Assembly: GCF_001194135.2 (NCBI RefSeq)
Contig: NC_068984.1
Span: 10,699,443-10,749,706 of the forward strand
DNA: 50,264 nt
Direction of reading: 5' to 3'
Source: Octopus bimaculoides
Taxonomy: Eukaryota
Shown: in pieces, positions 1-12,347 of the stretch
Layout of the letters: each line of letters begins with the position of its first letter
Position numbering within the stretch: position 1 is the first letter of the stretch
The notes under the pieces: model-generated
What the model was told of the DNA's origin: nothing
Seen by the model: the letters and a program-made list of their open reading frames with translations, nothing else
Database searches by the model: none
Program-made: the position numbers and the translations under genes

Positions 1-91
1 TTGGTGGTTAAGCGAATAAGGGGTCCAATGTAGGTCATATATCAGTGTGTGTACATAAGGATTTACTATTCATAATGAGATAAAAAGTAAA

Positions 92-129
<38 letters not shown>

Positions 130-138
130 CATACATAT

Positions 139-336
139 GGAGATCTACTTGCATAGCATGCGACCTGATCTGAGATCGTGTGCTGAAACGAAATGGAGCA
201 TGGAATTCTGTTAGTGAACAGGTCACACTCTGAAAGCAACAAAAATATTTTGGCAAATTAAATTTAAATGTTGAAGTGAATCTAATGGTTTTCGTATGTT
301 TCTTAAATGGCTTATAAACACCTTCCACACTGCAAT

Positions 337-338
<2 letters not shown>
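139..338 (+). mobile_element. Family H Penelope-like non-autonomous element; inverted 3' tail (139-193) followed by body (194-338)
   Basis: 139-193 matches 40345-40399 in the same orientation while 194-338 matches 40400-40540 inverted; flanked by (TA)n on both sides; decayed hammerhead fold at 207-257. Confidence 0.7.
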
Positions 339-376
<38 letters not shown>

Positions 377-840
377 ACATATATTTTGTCAGTCTCGTTG
401 TGAAATTAAGCTCCTCCAAGCATGGGGCCTAATTTTGCAGCAATATAAAATATATGTTTAGTAAATATGTAGATGTGACTTCTTTGTACATATTTATCTC
501 AGATTAAACTGAAGTGTCTTATATCTTGAAGTGGTTGGCTTTGTGATTGACTTGAAATATTCTCAAGTATCTGATGATCTATATCCAGAGACAACCCTTG
601 GTACTTAAGCCAGAGCCTGCAATTCTAAAAATCAAAACTTCCCCACTTCCCCAGCTATCATCATTATTAATTGCTTTTATGTCTGCCTTTTTCATGCTGG
701 CATATGTTGGACTTGGCTTCTTGAAGCAGTATTTTACAGCCAAATGTCCCCCCCCCCCACACTGATACTAACCTTTTTTTTTTTTTTTTCGAACTAGAGC
801 AATTTTATCCTACATCTTCCTATATCAACCATTGCTGTGA

Positions 841-1140
841 AGGCACATAGCTTAGTGTTAGAATATTCAGTTCACAATCATAAGGTTGTGAGTTTGAATT
901 CTGGTGTCACATTGTGTCCATGGGCAAGACACTTTATTTCATATTGCTCCAGTCCACTCAGCGGACATAAGTGAGTTGGCCTTTTTATTGAAAGTGCCAG
1001 CCTTGTTACATTCTGTGTCATTCTGAATCTCCCTGACAACTATGTTAAGGATATGTGTGTCCGTGGAGTACTCAGCTACTTGCATGTTAATTTTGTGAGC
1101 AGGCTGTTCCATTGAACAGATCAGCTGGAACCCTCGTAAT
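841..1140 (+). mobile_element. tRNA-derived SINE, family E
   Basis: Degenerate A/B-box head, GTGTCCATGGGCAAGACACTTTA segment, body shared with 31377, 36538, 44140. Confidence 0.8.
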
Positions 1141-1288
1141 GGATGGATTACCAGTTCTTTTTTTTCTTTTATCAACCACTACCAAACATTTTGTTTGTGG
1201 GAGTCGTAACATCATTGCAAAAGTAGTACAAAGACTCACCGACAGGAACACACACACACATACACATGACATAGTTAATACCATTTCT

Positions 1289-1521
1289 TATTTCTTTACT
1301 GCCCACAAGGGGCTACACACAGAGAGGACAAACAAGGACAGACAAACGGATTAAGTCGATTATATCGATCCCAATGTGTAATTAGTGCTTATTTAATCAA
1401 CCCCGAAAGGATGAAAGGCAAAGTCGACCTCGACGGAATTTGAACTCAGAACGTAGCGGCAGACGACATACCACTAAGCATTTCGCCCGGCATGCTACCG
1501 TTTCTGCCAGCTTGCCACCTT
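1289..1521 (-). mobile_element. SINE family B nested in a decayed family A copy
   Basis: Perfect 14-bp TSD TTAATACCATTTCT at 1275-1288 and 1522-1535; conserved GTCGACTTTGCCTTTCATCCTTTCGGGG core on the minus strand. Confidence 0.9.
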
Positions 1522-1644
1522 TTAATACCATTTCTGTCTACTAAATTTTACCTGCAAGACACTAGTCAACCCAAGACTATAATTAAAGACAGTTTTATGA
1601 AGTGAGATCAAACTTGAAACTCAACCACATAGTTTAAATCGTCT

Positions 1645-1714
1645 CCAGCTGGCTGTACGACGCGATCTATGTCCTTATATATAAGGACACAGATCGTGTC
1701 ATATAGCCAGCTGG
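1645..1714. repeat. 70-bp spacerless palindrome
   Basis: 35-bp arms CCAGCTGGCTGTACGACGCGATCTATGTCCTTATA and its reverse complement, 4 transition mismatches. Confidence 0.9.
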
Positions 1715-1960
1715 GGCAATGTCTCCTGGGGCTAAATTACAGCAACATTCATCCTAAACCAGGACTGCCATGTTATGTTGGCAAACAATCTTTACTACAA
1801 AGTACTGTTGCTAAATATCTCACATTGTGAGATTTCGAAATAATAATTTTCTTATACATAGTTTAAAGTTCTTAAAACACATTCACATATGTCTCATAAA
1901 AATGAAAGATTTATATCAAAATCTGATTTGTTCTTTTCCTCTCCCTGTTATTCTTCTTTC

Positions 1961-2585
1961 GGATCTAGTTCAAAATGGGGGCACCAGTATTTTCTTAACG
2001 AAACACTTTGAAACTTAGGACACTGGTAGAATGTGTCATATAAAACATCTTTTTCTCTTAGTCTTCTTAACAAAAAAACGTACATCGCAAGTTATTCCAT
2101 GTTAAAGTTGTCGTATTTCTGTAATTTCAACCAATGACTGACGTCCATTCAGCCGAATACATTAAGTGCTGACTACGTAAACAAACGATTCTCAAACGAT
2201 TCTGGCGATGATAAAATTATTATTTCCTTGTCAAAAAATGGCTGAAGCATATTGGCAGTAGGATTAGGGTTAGGGTTAGGCAGTAGCTAATAAACCTTTC
2301 ATACAGTTCAGGCAGATGTTAACGAAATTATAAATGAAGATTAAATACGCTTTACACCACTTAAACTGCCAAAGGAGTAAGTGTAAACAGCTGAATACTT
2401 GTCAGTGATTGGTTGAAATTATCGAAATAAGACAATTTTTTACATGAAATAACTCCGAATACAAAAATTTTTTTCTGTTCTATAACACAAAATAGATAAG
2501 TATACGAAGTTTGAAAGTCTTTCGGTACCAAAAACACTACATAAAACATAAATGAAAACTGGTGCCCCCGTTTTGAACTAGATCC
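1961..2585. mobile_element. MITE with 28-bp TIR, long imperfect subterminal inverted repeats and 8-bp TSD (superfamily unresolved: Merlin/MULE/hAT-like)
   Basis: TIR GGATCTAGTTCAAAA(T/C)GGGGGCACCAGT at both ends; TSD CTTCTTTC at 1953-1960 and 2586-2593; TTAGGG repeats at 2264-2280. Confidence 0.9.
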
Positions 2586-3268
2586 CTTCTTTCTTGCAAG
2601 TTACTTAGCAACCCTACTTGTGCCAGTGGTGCATTAAAAGTACCTAGTGCACACTGGAAATAGTTGGCATCAAGAGGGACATCCTGCCAAAACTGACATT
2701 GAAATACAGTGCAGCTTTGCCACTCACTGAATCCTGTCAAACCATTGCCAGCGTGGGTAGTGAACTTCAAATGACGATAATGACAAAGAGCTGTTTATAT
2801 ACATTAGATATGTATTGCATACTGGATATGCCATGGCCACAGTGACAATCATAATTCTGGTTCAATAAAATGTGAATAAAAATCATCAACAACAACAACA
2901 ACGGCTTGTCTTAATCTTGTTTATTGCTTGTACTTAACGAGTTAATTACGAAATAGTTTCTACTGCAGATGTTCTACTGAGGAACTTTACAAAAAATTTA
3001 TCACCCAGCTAATCTAATGGGTCTATTCAGTCAAGGTCATCCGGGGGTTAAACAGCACTTACAACACGTAGATGTTTGCTTCAATGAGATTGACATAACG
3101 AGCTAGAATTTAATTCGATAATTGCATTGGTCTTAAAATCAACATTTCATTCAAGTTGACTTTTATCCATTTAGAGTAAGGTCTTGCATGTCTTATATAG
3201 TATGTAGAACAGCTTTTATTAACTGAGATAATCAATGCAATTAGTAGACAAGAGCTCCTTGGTGGTGG

Positions 3269-3301
<33 letters not shown>

Positions 3302-4750
3302 GTGGGGGTGCATTTAGAATCTAAAAAGAAAATAAACAAGGGAAATAACCTCAATAAAATAACTAAATTAAAATGTTCGGAAAAAAAAGAATGGATGAGA
3401 ATGACTTTTACTTTTTAAAACAGCTGGTGAAATCTTTTACTTAAAACTGATAAAAGAGATATCATTTATACAGTGGCATCATATTAGTTAACTCTAGCCT
3501 TCCACTTTTATAAGGGAATCAAATTTGAGCCCTGTAAATCATCATCATCATCATCGTCATCGTTAATGTTTATTACTTGCTTCATGATTGCTTTTCCATA
3601 GCAGCGTGATTTGTATAAGATTTCATCTGTGCAACACAGTTTCTGAGGTCTCTTAGTGTATCCGTTTCAAAATATTAGCAATAGTCATAGCAAGCTTGAA
3701 AACATGTTTACTATTAAAATATAGTAATTTAATATGATTCCTATGTCATACTAGTATTGGCTCTGGAATGGTCTTATGGTGAAGTTGTCTTTTATTCAAG
3801 TTCATCTGACTCAGTCACATGATATTTATTTTTTTTTACTCAGTTTCAAAATTATCAACTTTAATCTCAAGTTGAAAATATTTTCTTAATTCCAAATCCT
3901 CAAGGATAATCCAGTAGTTTTGTCCATTGTCAGTTATTATATCTTGTTGATATCTTAATTCTTTTCAATATGTCTTATCCAGTCGCATATATATATATAT
4001 ATTCAAAATTCCTTTGTAGTTTTCCAGGAATAGAAATCCAAAACTAAGGGGTTTTTTTTCTTTCTTCTTTTGAAACATTGTTTATTAATGTAACATTCTG
4101 TTTCTGGCATAAAAATTTATCTTTTTTTGAATCACTCTTGTTTAGTTTAGAAACTTAATATATAATATACAGTTTCCCCGCCTCCACTGTTTTGGGGGGT
4201 TTTTTCTCCGTCATAGCCTTCTTTTAGAATTCTTGTCATGTTTTCAGATTTGGTCATATTCTTGCTTGCGTCTTCAATATTGTTATTTATATAAAGTTCA
4301 TTTTCATTGCTATTCCTAACATTGGCTATAACCTTATTTTCTTCACATATTCCAACATAATTCTTATGTAATATTAATGGTTTATTTATAAGATTCAATT
4401 TAACTAAGGAAGTTATTAAATATTAATATATGAACATATGTATGGGATGGCATATGCCATACGTACTATGCATGTTATTATAAATATATTATTTATTCAT
4501 GTATAATCCATGTTATTATACATTTAATTCTTTTTCATTCATTGAAGTAACAAATGAGAATTTATCTATCAACAGCAATTTAAAATGTAATTATAAAAAT
4601 AGATTTTGAAGTCTTTCTAAAATAGTTTTATTTTTCTCTTAAATTCAAATTCTTCATTCAAAAATGTGTTTATGTAGAATTTTTTTATATATAAAAAAAT
4701 ATTTCTGTGAATTAAAGAATTTAGGAATTATTAGTCATAAATATACCCTC

Positions 4751-4770
4751 CACACACACACACACACACA

Positions 4771-4841
<71 letters not shown>
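4751..4841. repeat. (CA)n-(CT)n compound microsatellite
   Basis: Directly visible. Confidence 0.95.
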
Positions 4842-4844
<3 letters not shown>

Positions 4845-5324
4845 GTTGTTTATCTCATGCAAAAGTTAAGCAGTCTAACTTTATCTCTCTCTCTCTCTTC
4901 TTTTGACTGTTTCAATACCAACCTGTCTGAAATTTCATCTGGTCTTATGTTACAAAACCTCTTATTTTAAATTGTTTGTATTTAATTAAAACTTAAATAC
5001 CATAAGTATATCTAAAAATTTCTTGCTTAATTTATTTTCAAAACACCACCTTATTAATGAGTTATTTTACTAATCACTAATGAATTCTTGATCATTTTTG
5101 AAAATTAATTAAAACATATTAGCAATGTATTTATTGGAAATTTGCTCATGAAAGGGTTAATGGATATGCTGTTATCTTGATTCTTCTCTTAGTTTCTTAC
5201 ATCTACCAAAAAAGAATATCTATGGAAATGAATTTAACATTACTCTTCTTCTAATTAGAATGAAACAGTTGTCTGAGAAATTATACCATTTAGTGAAATA
5301 GTTTTAAGATGGACCAAAATTGCT

Positions 5325-5789
5325 GACATGGCCGATGACAGTACCACCTGATTGACACTAGTGCCAGTGGAATGTTAAAAGCACATCTGAGCGTGATCAT
5401 TGCCAGGGCCATTGATTGGCTCCCATGCCGGTGGCACGTGCAAAACAACATTCGAGCATGGTCGTTGCCAGTGCTGCCAGACTGACTCCCATGCTGGTAG
5501 CACGTAAAAAACACCTTTTGAGCATGGTCATTGCCAGAACCACCTGACTGGCCCTCATGCCAGAGATACATAAAAGCACCCTCTACACTCTTAGAGTGGT
5601 TGGTGTTAGGAAGGGCATCCAGCTGTAGAAACTTTGCCAGATCAGATTGAGCCTGGTGCAGCCTTTTGGCTCGCCAGTCCTCAGTCAAGCCGTCCAACCC
5701 ATGGCAGCATGAAAAGCAGATGTTAAACGATGATGACGACGACGACGATGACGACGACGATGATGACGACGACGACGATGATGATGATG
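5325..5789 (+). mobile_element. RTE-tailed non-autonomous element, family C, with (GAT/GAC)n tail
   Basis: GGTTGGTGTTAGGAAGGGCATCCAGCTGTAGAAAC motif, CCATG..CATGG 3' hairpin, GAT tail, ~63-nt internal subrepeats. Confidence 0.85.
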
Positions 5790-6260
5790 TTGCATACAGT
5801 AAGGTGTTGTATGTGTTACAATAGGCTATTTTGGCATTCACAGCTGATACAGTACTTGAAGGTTGATGTTAATAGAGTTAGCTATGAGAACAGTATAACT
5901 TGAAAAGTATTTAAAATACACATGTGATTCAATACATTGCTTGAGATAAGTTGGTTTGGGTGGTGCAGTGATTGTATGGTTTATATGTAAAAGCATTAAA
6001 CCCTCATATCGAAAGTTAAAATCTAACATCAACACTGAACCACGTGGCAAAACACATTACTTTCTTAAAAATAGGTATCATCTCAATTTCTCCATTGTAA
6101 GCTTGTTGTGGAACAAGCATCCAATGATAGAAACAAATATTTACATTCAAAGAAATCTTTTACCTTGGCTTCTATAAAACTGAATGAGTGTATTTTTGGT
6201 ACATTTGAAAGGCATGTTGTCTAGTGATTACTCTGTTGAGTTTACAATCATAAAGCTATG

Positions 6261-6477
6261 CGAGGGGGTGCTGAAAAGTTCCTGGCTTTAAGAGTATTGC
6301 GAAAGAACTTTTTGAAGGCCCAACCTTCTGAGTTCTTTTACGGGGCTCAGAAAAGCTGAAGGACCACTGCAATAAGTATATGAATCTGAGTGGGGAATAT
6401 GTTGAATAAAATCCTAATGAACTGATCCTCCTGTATTTTCTTTTACCCAAAGCCAGGAACTTGTCAGTAATCCCTCA
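6261..6477 (+). mobile_element. Mariner-derived MITE retaining the transposase C-terminal coding end
   Basis: TIR CGAGGGGGTGCTGAAAAGTTCCTGGCTTT / AAAGCCAGGAACTTGTCAGTAATCCCTCA, TA at the right end; internal frame EKLKDHCNKYMNLSGEYVE* resembles the mariner C-terminus (KL..RW.KC...G.YVE). Confidence 0.8.
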
Positions 6478-7175
6478 TAGATTCAGTTCCTGGGCTGGAA
6501 GCATGGTGTGTCTTTCAGTATGGAATTTAATTACCCTGGAAGATGAAAAACTGGTATCCACACGGCTTTTAGTTTACAGCTCATTAATTGACAGAAACCT
6601 CATCATTTTCAGCTATAAGCTCAAAGTCATGTGGCTACCCACTTTTGTGTTTTCCTGTTTTCCAGGGGTATAATGAAATAAAATCACACTTGCTAATGCT
6701 TACTCGTAGGCTTAAAGAGTTTATGACATTGTATCTCTTTGATTTATTTCTCTATTTAATAAGTAGGAAAAATGTAATTAAAAGCAGTATTTTTTTTTGT
6801 TGTTGTAGAGCTCAAAGTAGATAAAACTATGAATAACACCATGTAGAATATTGGATTAAAATACTTAGATGGGAAAAAGATTGAAAGCTGCATGTCTGTC
6901 ATATTTACAAAAGATGTAGGTTCTTGGCCCTCAAGTATCCTTCGATCTTCTTCCATTCAAGGGGTTTTAAAATCCAATATCCTACATTCTATCACTTATA
7001 GCTTCATCTACTTCGAGTTCCACCATTAAAAACAAAAATTTAATATTTCTATAAAAACTAATATATTTATAATCTCACCGTTTATGAATTATCATGGACT
7101 CTATCATGCACATCTGTTCTTTTAAATGAAACAAATCCAATATATTTAACTATTTTCTTTTTTATATATTTTCAG

Positions 7176-7211
7176 GTGAGTACAAATCTCCAAGAAATAA
7201 TTCAGCATCTG
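7176..7211 (+). CDS. Candidate 36-nt symmetric micro-exon (GEYKSPRNNSAS), host gene unknown
   Basis: Long polypyrimidine tract + CAG acceptor at 7175, donor TG|GTAAAG at 7212, open frame phase 1-1; no homology evidence. Confidence 0.3.
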
Positions 7212-7232
7212 GTAAAGTCTATTTTCCCTTTG

Positions 7233-7280
<48 letters not shown>

Positions 7281-7585
7281 TTCCAGTTGATTTACATTTT
7301 ATTTCTTCTCTTGACTGGGTCTCAGTCAGAGACCTAAGGCACAAATATATTAGATGGAGAGAAACTTTCTGAGAATATGGGCAGTTGATGTCAGCCCAAT
7401 GTTTTGAGTCTCGTAGATTGTTGGTCTCCCTGGGACCTGGTGAAAAAATTTGTCAGTTTCTTTCTTGATCATTCCCAGAGCAGCTACAACAACAGGGATG
7501 GTTTGGGGTTCTAATTGCCATATCCTAGATATCTCAGTCTCAAGGTCCGACAGTTCTTTGCTGAGACATTTCTATCAGTAGGCAT
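7281..7585 (-). mobile_element. 5'-truncated R4/Dong-like (restriction-like endonuclease) LINE 3' end inserted in (TAA)n
   Basis: Minus frame DLETEISRIWQLEPQTIPVVVAALGMIKK...STAHILRKFLSI* (stop 7350-7352) matches the RLE C-terminal pattern; (TAT)n on both flanks (7234-7280, 7586-7609). Confidence 0.85.
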
Positions 7586-8293
7586 ATTATTATTATTATT
7601 ATTATTATATCTTTTTTTTAATGGAATTTGATAATTCAGGTCTTTGATTTCTAGCTTCAAATCTCCACTACCCAGACATACTTCAGTGGAAAATATATAT
7701 ACTTGACCAAAACTTGAAATTCAAAATAACTGACAAGATAGATAGTTTTATTCAGTAATAATCATATAATGGGAGATATAAATTCTCTGCCTGTCAATAA
7801 AATAATTTAGTTATGACAAGTATGATCAACAAGAATAAAATTAATGTTGCATCTAAAGACGCTTCAATTTTGATGTCAAGAATATTATACAAATAATTAC
7901 AGAAATGAACACCGTGTTGTACAGAGTTTGCTAACGAAGTATATAGACATATTTCTTTCTAAGCATGGGTATAGGTTGTGTGTGTATGGGTGTGTAAAAT
8001 ATATATGTATGTATGAATATATGTGTATATAGAATGACAAGTCACATGCTGTAACAACAAAGAAGTAGATCTTAGTATCATTGAAACAAAGGAACATATT
8101 TGATACGTTATACAATTATGGCTTACATACAGTACTCTTGGTTTCCTGGCAAACCGTGGGTATGAAATTATCGGATCATCAATCAATAATCAATACTCGT
8201 GTGTCACCATTCTTCACACATCAGCTGATGAATAGTGGCACAGGCATTCATTACTGAGCAATTATTGGATAACTTTGTATATGTGTGTGCGTA

Positions 8294-8330
<37 letters not shown>

Positions 8331-8332
<2 letters not shown>

Positions 8333-8901
8333 TCAGCATCATCATCATCATCATCGTTTAATGTCTGCCTTCCATGCTAGCATGGGTTGAATGATTTGAC
8401 TGAGGACTGGTGAACCGGATGGCTGCACCAGGCTTCAATTTGATCTGGCAGAGTTTCTACAGCTGGATGCCCTTCCTAACGCCAACCACTGTGAGAGTGT
8501 AGTGGGTACTTTTACGTGCCATTGGTACGAGGGCCAGTCAGGCGGTACTGGCAACAACCACGCTCAAAATGGTGTATTTTATGTGCCACCTGCACAGGAG
8601 CCAGTCCAGCGGTGCCAGGTCTGTCTGACCGGCTTCCATGCCGGTGGCACGTAAAAAGCACNNNNNNNNNNGCTTCAATTTGATCTGGCAGAGTTTCTAC
8701 AGCTGGATGCCCTTCCTAACGCCAACCACTGTGAGAGTGTAGTGGGTACTTTTACGTGCCATTGGTACGAGGGCCAGTCAGGCGGTACTGGCAACAACCA
8801 CGCTCAAAATGGTGTATTTTATGTGCCACCTGCACAGGAGCCAGTCCAGCGGTGCCAGGTCTGTCTGACCGGCTTCCATGCCGGTGGCACGTAAAAAGCA
8901 C
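8331..8901 (-). mobile_element. Family C element (contains an artefactual 230-bp duplication across an N gap)
   Basis: (ATC)n tail and family C body; 8432-8661 identical to 8672-8901. Confidence 0.85.
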
Positions 8902-9125
8902 TATCCAAATGTGATCGATACCAGGGCTGCCTGACTGGCTCCCATGCCAGTGGCATGTAAAAGCACCCACTACACTCTTGGAGTGGTTGGCATTAGGATG
9001 GGCATCTAGCTGTAGAAACATTGCCAGATCAGATTGGAGCCTGGTGCAGCCTCCTGGTTTTCTAGACCCCAGTCAAACCATTCAACCCATGCCAGCATGG
9101 AAAAATGGATACTAAATGATGATGA
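8902..9125 (+). mobile_element. Family C 3' fragment in inverted orientation abutting the previous copy
   Basis: Same RTE-type tail ending GAT repeats at ~9116-9125. Confidence 0.8.
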
Positions 9126-9489
9126 TATTTAACCACTTGTTATCCTTAGGATTACAGCCGTTTCACAGCCTTCTTCATGTAATAATAATTTCAGTGTATA
9201 AGTGTATGATAAATTATTTTAGATGTCGACACCAATTATGCGTGCTACATATTGCACAATACAATTGTACATTTACAAATCAATACAGATACAGGAGGTT
9301 AGCTCATGAGATCACCAGAGCATGCTTACACCATTGCTAAAAACCATCTATAGTTGTTCCAGTCAGTTACTGTATTTGAATATCCTATATGAGATGGTCT
9401 GCATAGCTTTGAGTGGGTGATTGTACCACTAACATATTGCTGTTGTGTGTATGTATAATTGGTGTTCTATCACTAATGATCTGCATTGT

Positions 9490-10325
9490 CATATCGTCGT
9501 TTAATGTCCGCTTTCCATGCTGGCATGGGTTGGACGGTTTGACTGAGGACTGGTGAACCAGATGGCTACACCAGGCTTAATCTGATCTGGCAAAGTTTCT
9601 ACTGCTGGATGCCCTTCTTAACGCCAACCACTCCGAGAATGTAGTGGGTGCTTTTACATGCCACCAGCATGAGGGCCAGTCAGGCGGTTCTGGCAATGAC
9701 CACACTCAAAAGGTGTTTTTTACATGCCNNNNNNNNNNNNNNNNNNNNNNNNNNNNNNNNNNNNNNNNNNNNNNNNNNNTATCGTCGTTTAATGTCCGCT
9801 TTCCATGCTGGCATGGGTTGGACGGTTTGACTGAGGACTGGTGAACCAGATGGCTACACCAGGCTTAATCTGATCTGGCAAAGTTTCTACTGCTGGATGC
9901 CCTTCTTAACGCCAACCACTCCGAGAATGTAGTGGGTGCTTTTACATGCCACCAGCATGAGGGCCAGTCAGGCGGTTCTGGCAATGACCACACTCAAAAG
10001 GTGTTTTTTACATGCCACTGGTACATGTGCCGGTAAGGCAATACTGGCAATGATCACGCTTGAATGGTGTTTTTTATGTTCCACTGGCACAGGAGCCAAT
10101 CCATGGCCCTGGCAATGATCACACTCAGATGTGCTTTCAGCGTTCCACTGGCACGAGTGCCAATCAGGCGGTACTGTCATCGGCCACATCAGCGATTTTG
10201 ATTTTGGTTTCACTTGCCTCAGTAGATCTTCGCAAGCAAAGTTTGTCCAATGAATGAGGGGTATTCATAAGTGGGCTGGTTACACCCACTGGCATAGGCC
10301 ACGGGCTATGGTTTCACTTGACTTC
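9490..10325 (-). mobile_element. Family C element (contains an artefactual 237-bp duplication across an N gap)
   Basis: Family C body; 9492-9728 identical to 9780-10016. Confidence 0.85.
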
Positions 10326-11699
10326 TGCCAAAGTGCAAAAGATCATGGAAGAGTTGCTTGTATTTTGTTGAGCTGTGGCTCCTGATAAATAATACTGGTA
10401 AGTAATGTATTTGGTGGCATGAAAATGCATGAGTATATTAGAGGCACCCCAATTTCAGCAGTGCATATTCAGCAAAAAAATAAGGTGTCAAGGATGAAAT
10501 TAGCTTATGAGAATCCCAACTTTGCATATAAGACTCAGGGTAATTTTTGAGACTTCAAAAAAAAAATAGTGCTTCTTATATACTTATATACCACCATCAT
10601 TGTCATCATTTAGTGTCTGTTTCTCAAGCTGATATGGATTGAACTGTTTGATAGGAGCTGGCAAGACTGGTAGCCACATCAGGCTCCATTGTCTGTCAGG
10701 TATGATAATCTGTTAATGACTTGTAATGCTTGTTAATATAACATCTAAGTCACTGATTGGTTAGAAATAGGTGATTTCGGATTGTTACTATTACTATACA
10801 AGACTTCTACTACTAATATTGAATAGACATGCCAGGTAATTGTCATGTAGAATTAATTAATTAATTTGTCTCAAATCAAATCTATGTGTGTTAGTTCACA
10901 TCACTGGTACATTATAAAAACATCATCTTCCTTTTATCATGAAATTAGTGAGACTTCTGTAACAAAATTATCACTTTAGTTTATCGGTTCATAACGAAAA
11001 CACTGAGAAACCACACATTTCCCACCATTACTATTCAACACTCACATAGTAAGCTAACCACCCATTTATATTCATTAAAATTCCAACACAAACACACAAA
11101 CTAGTTTCCCCAGAAAACCACATTTGCTTCTAATCATTCATCATAGTGGTTCTCCCTGTAATTTATATCTAACCACGAACTGTTGTTTCCTGCATTTAAC
11201 TTTACAAAATAACACCTAATTAGCAATCTTGATATGAAACAGACTTAACTGGTGGCCAATATAGTGACTGGTCTTTTATTTACAATACGAGTAGCAGGTA
11301 ACCACTAAAGTGGTTTTTACTTACTATACCAACAGAGGGTTTTCTTTCGATTCTATGCAAAACTTCACCATTGCATTAAAATTTAACAGGTTTGAAGGGA
11401 AATGTTGAGCTTATGAACAAGTTGTTGATCTTGCTGTTCAATATTCCCATCCAACAAACGTTGACAGGTCTATTATTTTATGCATCTTTAGCTAACACAT
11501 CATTGTGAATTAAGTTTCCAAATATCCTGTAGATCTAAAACAAGATAGATTCTCAGCTGCCAACCAAGTTTGAATTATTCGTGGAAAGATTCAGCTTGGC
11601 TTGAAACATTGGATGTGCAATGTAATGCTAATGATAGTTAAAGAACCAATGAGGATTTTACAAGGAAAAATGGTGTGCGGGGGGGGGGATGTATTAGGT

Positions 11700-12110
11700 G
11701 CAGGCATGGCTGTGTGGTTAAGAAACTCAAAAACTTGCTTCATACTCATGTGGTTTCAGATTCAGTGTCACTAAGCAGCACCTTGGACAAGTGTCTTCTA
11801 CCTAAGACAACCAATGTCTTGTGAGTGGATTTGGTAGGCAGAAAATGAAAGAAGCAGTTAGCTGGCAGGAACGTTAGCATGCTGGGCGAAATGCTTAGCC
11901 GTATTTCGTCTGCCGTTACGTTCTGGGTTCAAATTCCGCCAAGGTCGATTTTGCCTTTCATCCTTTCGGGGTCGATGAATTAAATACCAGTTACACACTG
12001 GGGTTGATGTAATCGACTTAATTCCTTTGTCTGTCCTTGTTAGTCCCCTCTATGTTTAGCCCCTTGGGGGCAATAAAGAAATAAGAAGCCCGTTGTATAT
12101 GTGTGTGTGT
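11700..12110 (+). mobile_element. SINE A with nested SINE B (11856-12082)
   Basis: A head GGCATGGCTGTGTGGTTAAGAA; B flanked by 7-bp TSD AAGAAGC (11849-11855, 12083-12089). Confidence 0.85.
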
Positions 12111-12111
12111 T

Positions 12112-12347
12112 CGAACCCTTGTCTTGGCATCAACTGATAGTTGTAAGCAAGCATCAATGCCATACAAGTGAAGTTGTTTGTTTCCAGTCTTCCATGGAAG
12201 ACATACCTGGCCATGGGAAATATTACTTTGCCTAAGAACAAGTGATGGTTTGGCAACAAAAAGGACATAAAACCTTAGAAAATCTGGTTCAGCAAATTCT
12301 GCCTGACCATGCAGGCATGGAAAAAGTGGACATTAAATGATGATGAT
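12112..12347 (+). mobile_element. RTE-tailed element, family D
   Basis: GCCATGGGAAATATTACTTTGC...CATGCAGGCATGGAAAA..GGACATTAAATGATGATG; similar copies near 23690-23856, 25535-25745, 33060-33185, 39946-40165, 42330-42535, 48495-48741. Confidence 0.7.

Noticed and set aside
4147-4398. 83-aa N/E/K-rich minus-strand ORF
   Set aside because: No recognisable motif or convincing splice sites; may be a decayed TE
8432-8901. Exact 230-bp tandem duplication
   Set aside because: Copies are identical and separated only by an N gap: unmerged contig overlap, an assembly artefact
9150-9180. Minus-strand ATGAAGAAGGCTGTGAAACG resembling a collapsed hammerhead
   Set aside because: Core C3 missing and helix II cannot form
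9492-10016. Exact 237-bp tandem duplication
   Set aside because: Same pattern around a 51-N gap: assembly artefact
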